NCBI GenBank assembly: GCA_977862235.1 | Contig: OZ374566.1 | Location: 992,001 to 1,056,000 of the forward strand | Direction: 5' to 3' | Length of the DNA stretch: 64,000 nucleotides | Source of the DNA: Dudresnaya verticillata | Taxonomy: Eukaryota | Part shown: one piece after another, positions 46,255-58,100 of the stretch | Numbering within the stretch: position 1 is the stretch's first letter | Layout: every line of letters starts with the position of its first letter | Translations under genes and position numbers: made by a program | The notes under the pieces: model-generated | Seen by the model: the letters and a program-made list of their open reading frames with translations, nothing else | The model's database searches: none | Told to the model about the DNA's origin: nothing

Positions 46255-47817
46255 CTATGCCCGTTTCCGTCGTCCACCCGACCCCTTGCGGCCCTGAGAC
46301 CCATTGCTACCGTTCATAGTGCCTCCGAAGACATTCCCTGGAGTGCCGGCAAAAGAGCTACTCGATTGCCCAAATACTGTAGCTGCAGTCGCAAACGCGC
46401 CTGAGGTATTACCAAAGGCTGTACCGGGTTGGGATTGATACAATGACCCCTGGGGCGAGGCCATAACAGCTGAGCCATTCCCTAGCGCCACTGCACCTTC
46501 GGAAGCCCGTTTATCAGCCATGATGCGGTGGCGGTCCTTTTCAGCCTTTTCTCTGAAGTCTGCCTGTTCGAAAGGGTTCAAGGCATCTGGTTCGCGGGAA
46601 CGAATCAGACGCAAGAAATGCTGGCGGGTAATGCGCAGGTTCTCGCTCACGCCGGCAATATGGCTGGCAACGACCATGAAATAATCATACTGACGACGAA
46701 TGATCTCCTCGATGATCTTGCCCTTGGAAGCGACAGACGCTTCTGCACCAGCGATTCCCATCTCTGACTGTAGTTGCGAGATATTGTCCAAAAGGTTCAG
46801 CTGAGTCATACGAGGTGCCCTTCCCCTGCCGTTAGATTTTGCAGCGGAACCGGCAATGCTACTTAGGACAACGCCCTGAGCGCGCAGATACTCGGCTATT
46901 TCATCAATCTCAGCTTTGTATTCATGAGCTCGGGTCTCCAATTCGTCGATCACCCTCGCAAAGTATTCTTCCGGTACATGAGTTGTTCGGTCCGGCATCC
47001 TTGAATCCGATCCGGAATAGCGCAACCCACTGCCATTGTCCAGGAACCCAACCTGCGTCGAGCGATTAGCCTTAGAAATATTCTCAAAAGCAATGATAAC
47101 AGGTTCTGCCGAACCACGCTCCGCACGAACAGCCGTTTTCAGTGTATCGGAATTGGCCTTCAACGACTCCAAACCTCCGCGGAGCTTTAGCAGCCGACGA
47201 GTTACATTTGAACATCGCGAGTATACTTGCCCGAGCTCATTTTCGTAGTTAGTGCGCTTGGACCAAAGCTTTGATCCCTTTGTTCTTTGATCCCGCAAGT
47301 GCCGTTCAACTGCAAACAAGTCAGTCTGCAGGTTTTGTGGCAAGTGCGAAATTCGTGTCCTCCCGGTAATCTCTGCTGGAGGCTGGGCGTTTCCTTGCTG
47401 CGGCTGTTGTAGCTGCTGTTGTGGATGCGCTCCAAATAAAGACCCAGCGGACTGCGCCGGGGCGCCGAATAAGGAACCTCCCGGGGCAGGGGCTCCGAAA
47501 AGAGAACCAGAGCTCTGCACTGGGGCACCGAAAAGAGAAGCACTGCTCTGGGCGGGTGCGCCAAACAGCGAAGAAGAGCTCTGAGGTTGAGCACCAAACA
47601 AAGACGCGGAGCTTTGTGCAGGGGCGCCGAACAGGGAGGCGCTCTGGGCGGGAGCACCGAACGTGCCTGCGGTAGATTGGGCGGGCGCGCCGAAGAGGTT
47701 TGCGGTGGTCTGTGTCGAACCGAATAACGACGATGAGCTCTGTGCAGGCGCGCCGAACAGTGATGGGGCGGAGCCGAAAGCGGACTGCGACGCGGCCGGC
47801 TGTCCGAACAGGCTCAT
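46255..47817 (-). CDS. NUP58: FG-repeat nucleoporin, Nup58/Nup49-like
   Basis: About 11 N-terminal (S)LFGAP repeats, a coiled-coil region starting TRISHLPQNLQ, an NPFEQADxRE motif and C-terminal FG repeats. First ATG is at 47817. Confidence 0.8.
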   Translation of the reverse strand: MSLFGQPAASQSAFGSAPSLFGAPAQSSSSLFGSTQTTANLFGAPAQSTAGTFGAPAQSASLFGAPAQSSASLFGAQPQSSSSLFGAPAQSSASLFGAPVQSSGSLFGAPAPGGSLFGAPAQSAGSLFGAHPQQQLQQPQQGNAQPPAEITGRTRISHLPQNLQTDLFAVERHLRDQRTKGSKLWSKRTNYENELGQVYSRCSNVTRRLLKLRGGLESLKANSDTLKTAVRAERGSAEPVIIAFENISKANRSTQVGFLDNGSGLRYSGSDSRMPDRTTHVPEEYFARVIDELETRAHEYKAEIDEIAEYLRAQGVVLSSIAGSAAKSNGRGRAPRMTQLNLLDNISQLQSEMGIAGAEASVASKGKIIEEIIRRQYDYFMVVASHIAGVSENLRITRQHFLRLIRSREPDALNPFEQADFREKAEKDRHRIMADKRASEGAVALGNGSAVMASPQGSLYQSQPGTAFGNTSGAFATAATVFGQSSSSFAGTPGNVFGGTMNGSNGSQGRKGSGGRRKRA

Positions 47818-48614
47818 CTTGGAGGGAGGCAAGGTTTCGCAAGCGTCTCAGTGCCGGAGAAGGCACAGTTCACTTGCCGGGGCTTCCTCCTCACTGCGTT
47901 TTGCTGCTCGTCCCTGATGACAAGTGTCCAGGCTTTCAGCACGATGAACGAAGCCTAGCGGAGAAGGTGCGCAAATGCTATCTCAAGGAGGCGTGACCTC
48001 GGATCGCTTGACAAGAACAGGATGTCGCTGAGAGAAAATGCTTCGAGTAGATACTGATAAAATGAGCGGCGCAAGGGATCAAAGGCCGCTCCGCCTCTGC
48101 GGCGCGCCAATTCGCGATCGTATCTGTGCGTGGGGACTGCCACGTGGGGACTGCCACAGTAGCATGCTTCATTTTCTTTAAAAAGTTTGCTTATTTTTTC
48201 CTACTTGACCTGGTTTCTACGGAGAACTTGAGAGGCAAGGCAAAACGCAAAAAATGTGGCTACAGACGGGGCACTTCAGGGATGGATTGCAGGCCGAGTC
48301 GAATACGGCGTTCGAAGAAAAGTTCTACTTCTATTCTAACGGAACATCCCGAGGAAGGTCGTAAGAACGTCTACAGTGTCAACAGCCTGCAACTGACTAT
48401 GATGCATACCTCCCACTTCCACCCATATCGGCGCTCTAAGAAGGCACCTTCCGCTGGCTCAATGTTCTGATCTACATTACTGCACGACGGTGCGAGCCGC
48501 ATCTGAAACAAATCGTATCTTTCTTTTGCGAACAGCGAATACCTTGGTGCTTTAATTTTGCTTCTACGCAGAGTCTATAGCTACAAATGCACACACATAT
48601 TTAAGCCGAAACGA

Positions 48615-51600
48615 TTACCAATATGTATTCTCGCGGAGCCAAACACCGATCTTGTTGCCGTTCTTATCTCCGAGTCGGATCAAAAACTTCCGAGTCTCAT
48701 CGTACGTGAAAATGAAGATTGAGAACGGGACTGCAGGGAGCCAATGTACAAACCGCAGAGGACGTGTATTGAACGCCGTCTGGATGAAGGGGACATAGCA
48801 AAGTGCCGCGCACAGCCCGACCTCTGTCAAGAGACCGATATTCAGAATCAAGTTCTTCATGCCCTGGTGGAAGAATGACAGCAACCGAGTCTTACATACT
48901 AACAAGCCTCCCATCTGCACGATAACGATGCAAACAAAAAATGCAGTCTGCGCATGCTTGAGAGTCTCAGACTGCTGCCGCTCAGTGTAGAGGTCAAAGC
49001 ATCCTTCGCCATCACCAGTTCCCTCCGTGATAGCAGTATTGACAAGACTCTGATCCCGGTCCGGGTTCAAAAGAGCTGGAGTTTCGATAGTCACGTTCGT
49101 CAGGGTATCACTTCCGATGCAGGTGTTGAAATTGTTCACCTCTGTGCCTTCCAGGCACGAATACTTGACACACGGCGGTCTTCCAGTCACCCGAGCAATG
49201 ATCTTGATCATGTTCTGATACTGAAATATGTTGGCTGAGTCGACTAACTTTTCAAAAATCAGCCCTTCACCTTTGAAAGCTTCGTCATCCTTCTGTCGGA
49301 TGAAGCCAGGCTGAGCTGCAGCGAAGAAAGGCGCAAACATCTCGTCTTCCTCATCAAACCAATTCGCCGTAATCGACTTCCCATACAATCGCGGGCGTTC
49401 GGCATACAAGAACCGCTTATCCTCATCTCCAGGTGAAGCCAGATATGCTTCCGCGTCGAGCGAAGGTAACACTGCAGCTGTAAGTCCAAAGTCCCCGAGT
49501 ACCACCAAGTAGCAATAGAACCCGGCGAGAGCCTGAATTACGCCAATCTGGAAGTAGGAGAACGAAATGAGCCTTCTGTTTACAAGGCGATCCACCTTTG
49601 AGTTTCGCGGAGGGCGACGCATGATGTCAGACTCGGCTTGCTCATATGCCAAGGAGATAGCCGGCAGCAAGTCGGTGCCCAGGTCAATGCATAGGATGAG
49701 CACAGTTGTCAGAGGCAGAGGGATTCCGACAATGATAAATGCCAGGAACGGAGTGATCTCCGGGATGTTACTTGTTAGAGTGTAAGCTATACTCTTCTTC
49801 AAGTTGTCAAAGATGAGTCGACCCTCTTCAACACCAGCCACAATTGAGGCGAAGTTGTCGTCCAACAGAACCATGTCAGCTGCTTCTTTCGACACATCTG
49901 AGCCGGAAATACCCATAGCTATGCCAATGTTGGCTTTTTTCAAGGCCGGAGAATCGTTCACACCATCGCCTGTTACTGCAACAATGTTCCCAAGTCGCTG
50001 ATTGTTTTCCACAATAATAAGCTTCTGTTGCGGGGAGGTCCTTGCAAATACGATTTGCTCATGGGCCAAAACCCTATCCCAGTCGTCCTGCTCTAAATCC
50101 TTGATCTGCGATCCTGGTACCACAATGGCCTTCACATCACTGCGATCAACTTCGTCAACTGGAATCCCTCGTTCTTTCGCAATGTCCTCTGCCGTGGGTG
50201 CCTGAATGATGTTGACTTGTTTGGCAATAGACTTGGCCGTGGCCGGATGATCGCCGGTAACCATAATAACCTTAACTCCAGCAGTTTGGCAAGTGGACAC
50301 GGCATTAGGAACAGCCTCACGGGGTGGGTCAAGAAGGGCCATCAGTCCAACAAAGGTCAGGCCTGACATAGGGAAGTTAACCTCCTCGGTGTCAAACTCG
50401 AAGTCCTCAGGGTAATCCTTGGGATCCAGATCCAACTTGGCGAACCCAAGCACACGCTCACCGCGCTCCATCATGAAAGCGAGCTGTTCATTGATTACAC
50501 CCTTCGAGGCTTCGTCAAACGGCTGAACACCGTCCTTTGTCAGAATAGATGTACACCGGTCCATTACACGCTCAGGTGCGCCCTTCATGCAAAGTCTGAG
50601 ATTGCTGCCTTCATCAGCGACCTTGTTAATAGTCACCATGAACTTGTTAGCTGAGTTGAACGGAATTGTGGTCACCTGAGCATTCCTGCTCCTCATATCA
50701 CTAACAGAGGTGATCTTCTCCGAAAACTTCAGAATACCAGCCTCTGATGCATCACCATTTACCTTTCGCTCATCCACTGACTTCTCAGGATTGTCGTCCA
50801 TGTCTTTCGCGTCGAACACCGCCTTTGCGCAGTTGGCACCAATGAAGAACAGCTCCTTGAAACACTTATCTTCAGTGTCAAAGGTAGCGTCGGTGGCAGC
50901 AGTCTTTGTTGTGTGCAGAGCCTTGTCATAGGCTACATGGACAATAGTCATGCGATTCTGTGTGAGGGTTCCAGTCTTGTCAGAGCAAATACAAGTGGTA
51001 GAACCAAGCGTCTCGACTGCCTCCAACTTCTTCACGAGCACCTGTTTCTTTGCCATGCGCTTTGCAGAGAGCGTCAGGGAGACTGTCACAGTTGCAAGGA
51101 GACCTTCTGGCACATTAGCAACAATGATACCAATACAGAACACAACATTGGTGATAAGCTCTGTACCCTTGATAATTCCAATGACGAAGAACAGAACACC
51201 CAAGAAGATGGCAACAGACGAGATGATGATGACGAAGTGATGAATATCAACCTGGAGAGTGGTGACTTCCGAGGTGGATCCAGCGGCAAGACCAGCAATA
51301 CGGCCAAAGACTGTTCCATCTCCAGTGTTGACGACGACTCCAGTACAGGTTCCATCGACCGCCAGAGTTCCGAAGAATGCCAGATTCTTCGTCTCAAGAG
51401 GGTTCTCGTCGGTACAGTCAACCGTTCTCCCAATAGGTTCCGACTCTCCGGTGAGCGGGGCGTTGTCAACCTTCAGCTTCTGATTGGCAACCAAACGAAT
51501 GTCAGCCGGGATCTTGTCTCCGAGCTTGACCTCAATGATGTCACCCACAACTAGGTTGACGGCGTCAACCTCAATAACCTTGCCTCCACGGCGGACAACC

Positions 51601-52145
51601 GACTTTGGCGGAAGGAAGTTCTTGAACTTTTCCATGGTCTTTTCACTCTTGAACTCCTGGAAGAAAGAGAAAATGGCAGTGACAATAACAACTACATACA
51701 AGACAATACCCAAATAGAGGTTATCCTCAGCGTCATTATCAAGAGCATAGCCGATGAAGCAAAGCACAGAAGCGATCTGCAACAGAACGGCAAAGAAGTT
51801 GAGGAACTGAAGTCCGAGTTTCACCCACCACGGGGTAACCTTTGGCGGGGACAGGGCGTTGGGGCCATCCCTGTCAAAACGGATCTTCGCCTCAGCCTCG
51901 GTGAGGCCGTTGACGGGGTCGGTCTGGAGCTTTGTGCAAAGCTCGTCGACAGAAACCTTGTGCTCCCACATCTCGAGCTCCTTCTTGAGCTCCTCTGTTT
52001 TCGCGGCCTCATTCTTCTTGCCCTTCTTCTTGCGCTCAATGGCCTGCGACAAGCGTGCGCTGGTCTCGGAATACTGGCGGGCCATCTCGAGCTCATTGTG
52101 GGACCTCGGGGCGGCGCCCGCCTGGACATTGTCGTCACCCCCCAT
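48615..52145 (-). CDS. Na+/K+-ATPase alpha-subunit-like P2C-type ATPase (1176 aa, intronless)
   Basis: Motifs LTGESEP, IIVANVPEGLLATVTV, CSDKTGTLT, KGAPE, DPPR, MVTGDH, TGDGVNDSPALKKA, YTLTSNIPEI, ILCIDLGTD and C-terminal ENTYW. Confidence 0.97.
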   Translation of the reverse strand: MGGDDNVQAGAAPRSHNELEMARQYSETSARLSQAIERKKKGKKNEAAKTEELKKELEMWEHKVSVDELCTKLQTDPVNGLTEAEAKIRFDRDGPNALSPPKVTPWWVKLGLQFLNFFAVLLQIASVLCFIGYALDNDAEDNLYLGIVLYVVVIVTAIFSFFQEFKSEKTMEKFKNFLPPKSVVRRGGKVIEVDAVNLVVGDIIEVKLGDKIPADIRLVANQKLKVDNAPLTGESEPIGRTVDCTDENPLETKNLAFFGTLAVDGTCTGVVVNTGDGTVFGRIAGLAAGSTSEVTTLQVDIHHFVIIISSVAIFLGVLFFVIGIIKGTELITNVVFCIGIIVANVPEGLLATVTVSLTLSAKRMAKKQVLVKKLEAVETLGSTTCICSDKTGTLTQNRMTIVHVAYDKALHTTKTAATDATFDTEDKCFKELFFIGANCAKAVFDAKDMDDNPEKSVDERKVNGDASEAGILKFSEKITSVSDMRSRNAQVTTIPFNSANKFMVTINKVADEGSNLRLCMKGAPERVMDRCTSILTKDGVQPFDEASKGVINEQLAFMMERGERVLGFAKLDLDPKDYPEDFEFDTEEVNFPMSGLTFVGLMALLDPPREAVPNAVSTCQTAGVKVIMVTGDHPATAKSIAKQVNIIQAPTAEDIAKERGIPVDEVDRSDVKAIVVPGSQIKDLEQDDWDRVLAHEQIVFARTSPQQKLIIVENNQRLGNIVAVTGDGVNDSPALKKANIGIAMGISGSDVSKEAADMVLLDDNFASIVAGVEEGRLIFDNLKKSIAYTLTSNIPEITPFLAFIIVGIPLPLTTVLILCIDLGTDLLPAISLAYEQAESDIMRRPPRNSKVDRLVNRRLISFSYFQIGVIQALAGFYCYLVVLGDFGLTAAVLPSLDAEAYLASPGDEDKRFLYAERPRLYGKSITANWFDEEDEMFAPFFAAAQPGFIRQKDDEAFKGEGLIFEKLVDSANIFQYQNMIKIIARVTGRPPCVKYSCLEGTEVNNFNTCIGSDTLTNVTIETPALLNPDRDQSLVNTAITEGTGDGEGCFDLYTERQQSETLKHAQTAFFVCIVIVQMGGLLVCKTRLLSFFHQGMKNLILNIGLLTEVGLCAALCYVPFIQTAFNTRPLRFVHWLPAVPFSIFIFTYDETRKFLIRLGDKNGNKIGVWLRENTYW

Positions 52146-55100
52146 GGTGACGATTGTACGTGCGCGGCGAGTGGCGAACGCGATTCAAAGGGCAATGGGG
52201 ACTAGCCACCGGAACAGGGACGGGGAGGGGGAAAGCTCACGTGCGAGTGTGTGTGTGTTTTTTTTGTGGAAAGGGAACTGACTCGTGCAGGAAATATGCA
52301 CGACGTTGAAATGGCGGGCCGCAGCAACGACGGGTGTGGGGATGGGACGGGGATGGGGCGGGCGGTAGAGCCGGTGAAGTTGGCGGGGTGGAGCGGAGTC
52401 GAAGCGACGGGCGGCTCTTAATGCAGCGGGAGGGGTTTGGGGCTGGCGATGTGCAGCTCGAGTGACTGCACGGTGTGGTGGGATGTGGTCGGCGGGGGGG
52501 TTGTGCGAGTCTGCAGCGGAATGGTGACGGGCGGGGGGGGGGGCGGGTCGGTGTTGGTGTTGCGGTTGCACGGGACGTGACGCGAGACACGGAGCGCGGG
52601 GTGACGGAGTGCCGCGCGGCGTCGGTTCGGCAGCGCGGATTGGACCGGCGGCGCATGTGCGGATTTGTTTACCGCGGCGTGACGGCAGGGGACGAGCGGA
52701 GCACACGTCGCGGGGCAGTGCTTCATAGCATCGCTGGAATCGGGCAGGTCGCGCCGTGAAACGGGCGCAATTGATGTGACCGCGGCGGATCAGCGCGAAT
52801 TGCCGCGCGCAGCGCAAGAAAAAGTAGTTCCGTCCTGCATTTGCATTGGCCCAACGGTCGTAGGCACATTCGCTGAATCGCCGTCATGCCCGCCGTTGCA
52901 CTCCCTTTTATTTTAATATACACTGTCACGCGCGTCACACTCCCTCACAGCCACACACCCCGCCCCCGCAACGCGCAGTCCGCAGGCCGCGCTCCGCGCA
53001 CTCCCGGCCAGCTTGCGCCCGCATCGCCGCCGTTCCCGAACCACCACCACCCGCCCTCGCCCGCCGCGCTCGGGCGCCTTGATCCCTGCCGCACCGCCGA
53101 TCCCATACCCACGAAAAGCGATTCAGCCGGCTCGCTTTTCCGCACGAGATCTCACACGCGCCCACCCCATCCGCTGCACAGCCGCGCGCGCCCGTTGCCG
53201 GATCCACACGCGCAGAGCCCACACGCGCGCCCTCCCGCGCGCGCCGCATCCAAGACGAAACCGCCTCACGACTGAGACGCCTCCGCGCCATCTTTCGCAA
53301 GCGCGACAGTGCTGTCCACCCAGAGCACGCAGAGCGCCTTCGCGAGCGCGTTGCGCAATCGGCCAACGGCGCCTGCAAAACAAGAAACGCCGCCTGCATC
53401 ACCGCCCGTTCTTTAGTTGTGGGGTTGGGGCACTCCTTGTTTCCGCCTCCGCGCCACTCCGTGCCGCGCTCATGCTTCAGTCAACGAGCATGCTCCCTTC
53501 ACCGCCATCCGCCGCCCTAATATTTACCAACGACCATCCTGACCATCGGCGTGCCCCTCGCCCTGCCTGCCCTCGACCCCGTTTGTCACGATTGGCGTGG
53601 AGAGCGCGGCACCGTTCACACTACCGCTTGCTGTAGATGGACTACAACTACTTTCCTGTGCACGTCACCGTCCTGTCTGCCGTTCTGGAACGGCCTCACT
53701 CGCAAGCATCGTTCCAGCACGCGCTTGTGTGTGAAAATGTATGTGCATGAGCTCCTCTCGACTACCTCGGCTGCGTCAAGTCGCCTCACCACTGGTCCGC
53801 AAGCTGTATCATACGCAGCTTGTGCTTCTCATGCTACTGTACTGTCCTATATTTCCGCTAATTTCAGGGCAGGCCCCGGCGTCCGGGGCGGGAAGAATTG
53901 TTACAGCCGCAAGGCGCGTATGTGGGCAGCGGGCGGGGTCGTTGTCACATCGGCGAGCTCACTTTCCGTATCTACCGTTCCGTTCCTTATCCTGTCCAGT
54001 TCCGACGCTGCCGTGCAATGTGCGAGCTCACTCATCACACACACACACGCAGCATCGCATGGCGCGATCGATGGAAACATCTCGCGCTTTGTCCGTCGGG
54101 CTGCTGATCGCGACTGGTGTCAATGAGCTCATTGCTCATGCAACTGCGGTGGTGCAACGGCCGCCACACAATGCGCCCTTGCTCCGGCCCCCGCGCTGCA
54201 TGCGACAATAGTAGCCGACGTCGCGCTGCCACGAGGCATGCGCGATGGATGCTGGGCATTTTGTTGGTCATTGGATGCGATTTGCTCTCTCTCCCTCTCC
54301 TTGAGACTACTCGTGTCGTCCCAGTCGATACGGCAATAGCTACTAGCACCACAGGCCACCAGGAACCACGAAAGGCTTCAATGAAACCATGGTGTTTGGT
54401 ACCTTTCAGAAATAGCGCTGGGTGAACCATAATCGATCCTTTTGAAACAAATGCCCTATCAAAATGTAGCCGGCCAATTGAATTGCTCCACTTGGCCACC
54501 AAAACCCCATTCTGCAATCCAGACCTTCATCCCCTGGGAGACAGCGAGAAGCAATAAGCTACTCTGAGATTCTCGTAGTGCGACAAAAAGATCGAATGTC
54601 CTCAGCAACGTTTAATGCATTGGAATGCATTGCAATTGTTCGGTGACAACGACTGAGGCCCAACTACAGTACAACATCCCGCAGGTGCCCTGGCTGTCAT
54701 CGATTTAAGGGAATTCTCAAGAAACACTGACGGGGCTCGTTAGTCGTTCATATGCAGCCATGTGCACCCTAGCAACAGAGCCGTACCTCTGGACTTGCCA
54801 GCCGGGGACTGAAAAAGCCTCCTTGATGATATGAAAGAGCTACAAAACGTTCTGGCAAAGCAGCTCAGGTCACAAGATCTGGGACAAAGGAAGATCCCCA
54901 ACTGCAGGGTGATCATCCGAAGGTGAGTAGGACAATTGCTTCAAATTCGATTGCGGGACATGTGTTTCCAAACTGTTGCGCAAACGCAATGGCCTTTGCT
55001 CATCTCTAAACTCTAGTCTAGAAAGCGAAAGGAATTTCTACAGATCCAAAACCTTTCGTTTCAATCCACACCGTACATGAAGAAGAGTTTTTTATCCGCA

Positions 55101-58100
55101 CGCTGCACACTCGCACGACTCTATCGGTGTGGACGGAGTTGTTATGTTTCATGTCGCCCCCGTCGTCGCGCTCGCTGATGAGCAAGCACAGCATGCTGAC
55201 GGACTTCCCACGCTCATCGGCAGGAGCACCGAAGATACACGCAGGATTAAAACCCTGTAGAGCAAAACCCTGAAGTCTACGCAATCAGCACCTGTTGCAA
55301 GAAGACACCGTAACTGCGAGACGGCGCAGCGCGCCACCGGCCATTCATATAAACCATCACTGGATGGTCGCACGAGCCCGATCGCAGCACCAATCCAGCA
55401 CGGCCGCAGCGGCAAGAACATGTGCCAGGGGATGGGCGGCAGAGGCGGCGTCATCGTGCTCGCGGTGCTCACAAGGACAACAACCCTGGTACGACAAAAA
55501 CCGGTGCGCTATGTACTGTACATCGTCGGGAGCGCGACTATCGCACATACGAGCACTCTGGCGCCTGCCAGACCGTGCTGCCAACATCACTGTCGCCGCG
55601 CCGCGGATTGAGATCGCAAGCGGGCAATAACAGGCAAGGTTGCCCTTTCTCAATATTTCGCAAGCGCGCCGCCGGAAGCGCGCCCTGCGCCAACGACGTC
55701 GCGCTCGGTTGCAACAGCGTCGCGTGCGTCTTCTCGCTGATTCGCCGCCTCCGCGCACACGCGCCGCGCGTGCGTGTGTGCGGAGTGCCGCGGCGTAAGG
55801 CTCGTTGCCGTCGCGGCGGGCTGCCGGCCACAGGCACGGCAAAGCGTTCAGTGAGCGCAACACTCGGCACGGGCGCAGCTCTGGCGCCAGACAGAGACGA
55901 AGCGCGTGCCAATGGATGTTGGGCAATGCACGCCATCCGGCGAGCGCCTTGCAGAGTGCATATGCGATGGATGACATGTCGTAACGCGCGCTTCGCTGAG
56001 TCTGCAACAACTTTTTCCGCACTTGTCATAACCGGCCGCTGCGTGTGTGCGTTACACCTCCCGTCACGCACTTCTTTGAGGCGTTCAACTTATTGCTCGA
56101 CGCCCCGCGGCGCCGCACATTTGTGCCGAACTGACTGCTGCCCTCGGGCTATACAGTACTTTGGCACAGCGACGTGCCCTTGCACAATGTGATGCACACA
56201 ACACCCCGCAACTTGCAAGACACCGGACGAGTCCAGATTTCCGACCCCGATGCGCAGGATGCGGATTTCTCCACACGCCAGCATAAAACCGAAAGACTAT
56301 GTGTGTCCCACCAGGACAGACCCCGCTTGTCGCCGGCGACGTTGTGCTACACTACCGAAGCACGTCCAAGCTACCTTCACAATAGTGCTGCGACACGCAC
56401 ACGCAACCTTCGTCCTGTCCGTCGAGCAGCTGTTGCTTCCCCCAGCTTCCAACGAACATTCTGCTTCGTCATGAAAATTGTGCACGCTCGTAACTGTGCC
56501 GCCTGCGGCACAGTACATGTACCGAAAAGCAAGCAGCAACTGCTGAGTAACCACTCAACCTATTTCCCCGGTCTCCGACAAAGCCATCGCAGAGCTTCCC
56601 CTGGGGAACCTTTCTAATCGTCTGCGATGTCCCTCCCCTGAGGATGTTTTTTTTCGCATGATGTGAACATCCAATGCGTCCTCCGCAGACTTGCCACGTA
56701 TGCGTCCTGCCCTTGCTTCCGAGTCTGCCATCACGCCTAGGTTCGACACATTCCACCTACCCTTGTTAGATCTGACGGCGAAAGACGTCGCGCGGAAGAA
56801 AATCCCTCGTCGTCTGCCCCGGCGAACCAACTTCCCCTGCCTTGACATGAGCTTCAGCCTCGTCTACATGGAGGGTATGCTGTTTCTAGTTTCTGCTACA
56901 TGAAGTCAAGTGATGGTGCGCAGCTTCTCGATGCGGGAACACAAGTGGCCCACGGTCCCGTTCATGACCAATCGCTCTTTTGCTAGACTAGCCCAGCTCA
57001 TTCATTCAGCGACTTTCCCTTCACGCCCTGCGCTTGCGATTCAGCGCTGGGTTCCATAATGAGCGAATACAGTCCCACAAAATCTACGCTTCGCCAACAC
57101 CTCAACGGCTGCTGCACCAAAGCCGTTGCAGGCGGAGTTGCAGGGCCAGAGCTTCGGGTGCTTGTCGAATGCATTGCTGTTCCAAGCCGTCTCAGCAATG
57201 CTTTCCAGCTCAGCAATTGCTGACATCCAGGCCTCCTGGAAAGTGCACTGAAACTCAGAAAATCAGCATTTGCGGCTTGAGAAAACTTTTTCTCTGTGCA
57301 TCCATCGCGAAGTGCCGCATGATTTTCTTCGTGCCTGTCCGTACGCACGGGCCCCGCAGACCCTACGTCTATCTGCTGCTTCGTTTGCAAGTGTGCTGTA
57401 CGGGGCGTGCATATCCGCACTGGCCGGCCACAAACGTTGTGGAGTGAAGTACTGTTCTGAGCAATGATCAGGCCGAGTGCTGCTGTGCTGCTCCTTTTGG
57501 TTGCCTTGTGGTACGCTGCAATTACTAACAGCTGTCGGAATTGGCGAGTTTTTTTTTTGCTTGACTCTGTCTTTTAGCTTAACCATATGGTTCAGATTCG
57601 ATGTAAGGGTGAGATGCAAAAGGCCCGCAGGGCATCGGGGTCGTAGCCACGTGCGAAAGGGCAACGGCTCTTGTTTGCATCATAACAGTCGCGGAATCCC
57701 TCAGACAGTTCCTCCATCGAGCATATATTCCAACCGCTTCAAACTGCGAAACAAGACAAGTAGGCCCTAAATCCTAGCCATGGGCAATGTCTAACAATAG
57801 AAAGCATAGTACCAAAGTTCACCTTGAACAAGAACAATTTGATGTTGAACAACGACGAAGATTCAAACCTGATTCCAGTTTCATTCTCAAGAGGCAAAAG
57901 TTCTAGCGAAGTTGCGTTTGAAAGCCGCAAGCTGCAGAATGCCATTACAGTACAATAGCGATTTCTACCGTTGGATACGGTGGATGACTTGAGCAAACTA
58001 AGATTACCTTGGACCACTATCCGCACTTCGGTACTTGGCCCAGCTTTTCAGACAATCCAGAGATTTATTCAGCATCAAAAAGGAGTTCTTGAGTGTCAGC

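Noticed and set aside
50913..51554. 213-aa antisense ORF within the Na/K-ATPase (also 6114-6704 and 36582-37097)
   Set aside because: These are shadow ORFs expected from the codon bias of the sense genes.
52185..56620. Many overlapping 100-256 aa ORFs on both strands
   Set aside because: GC-rich, stop-poor sequence giving Arg/Ala/Pro-biased translations with no motifs; most likely spurious.
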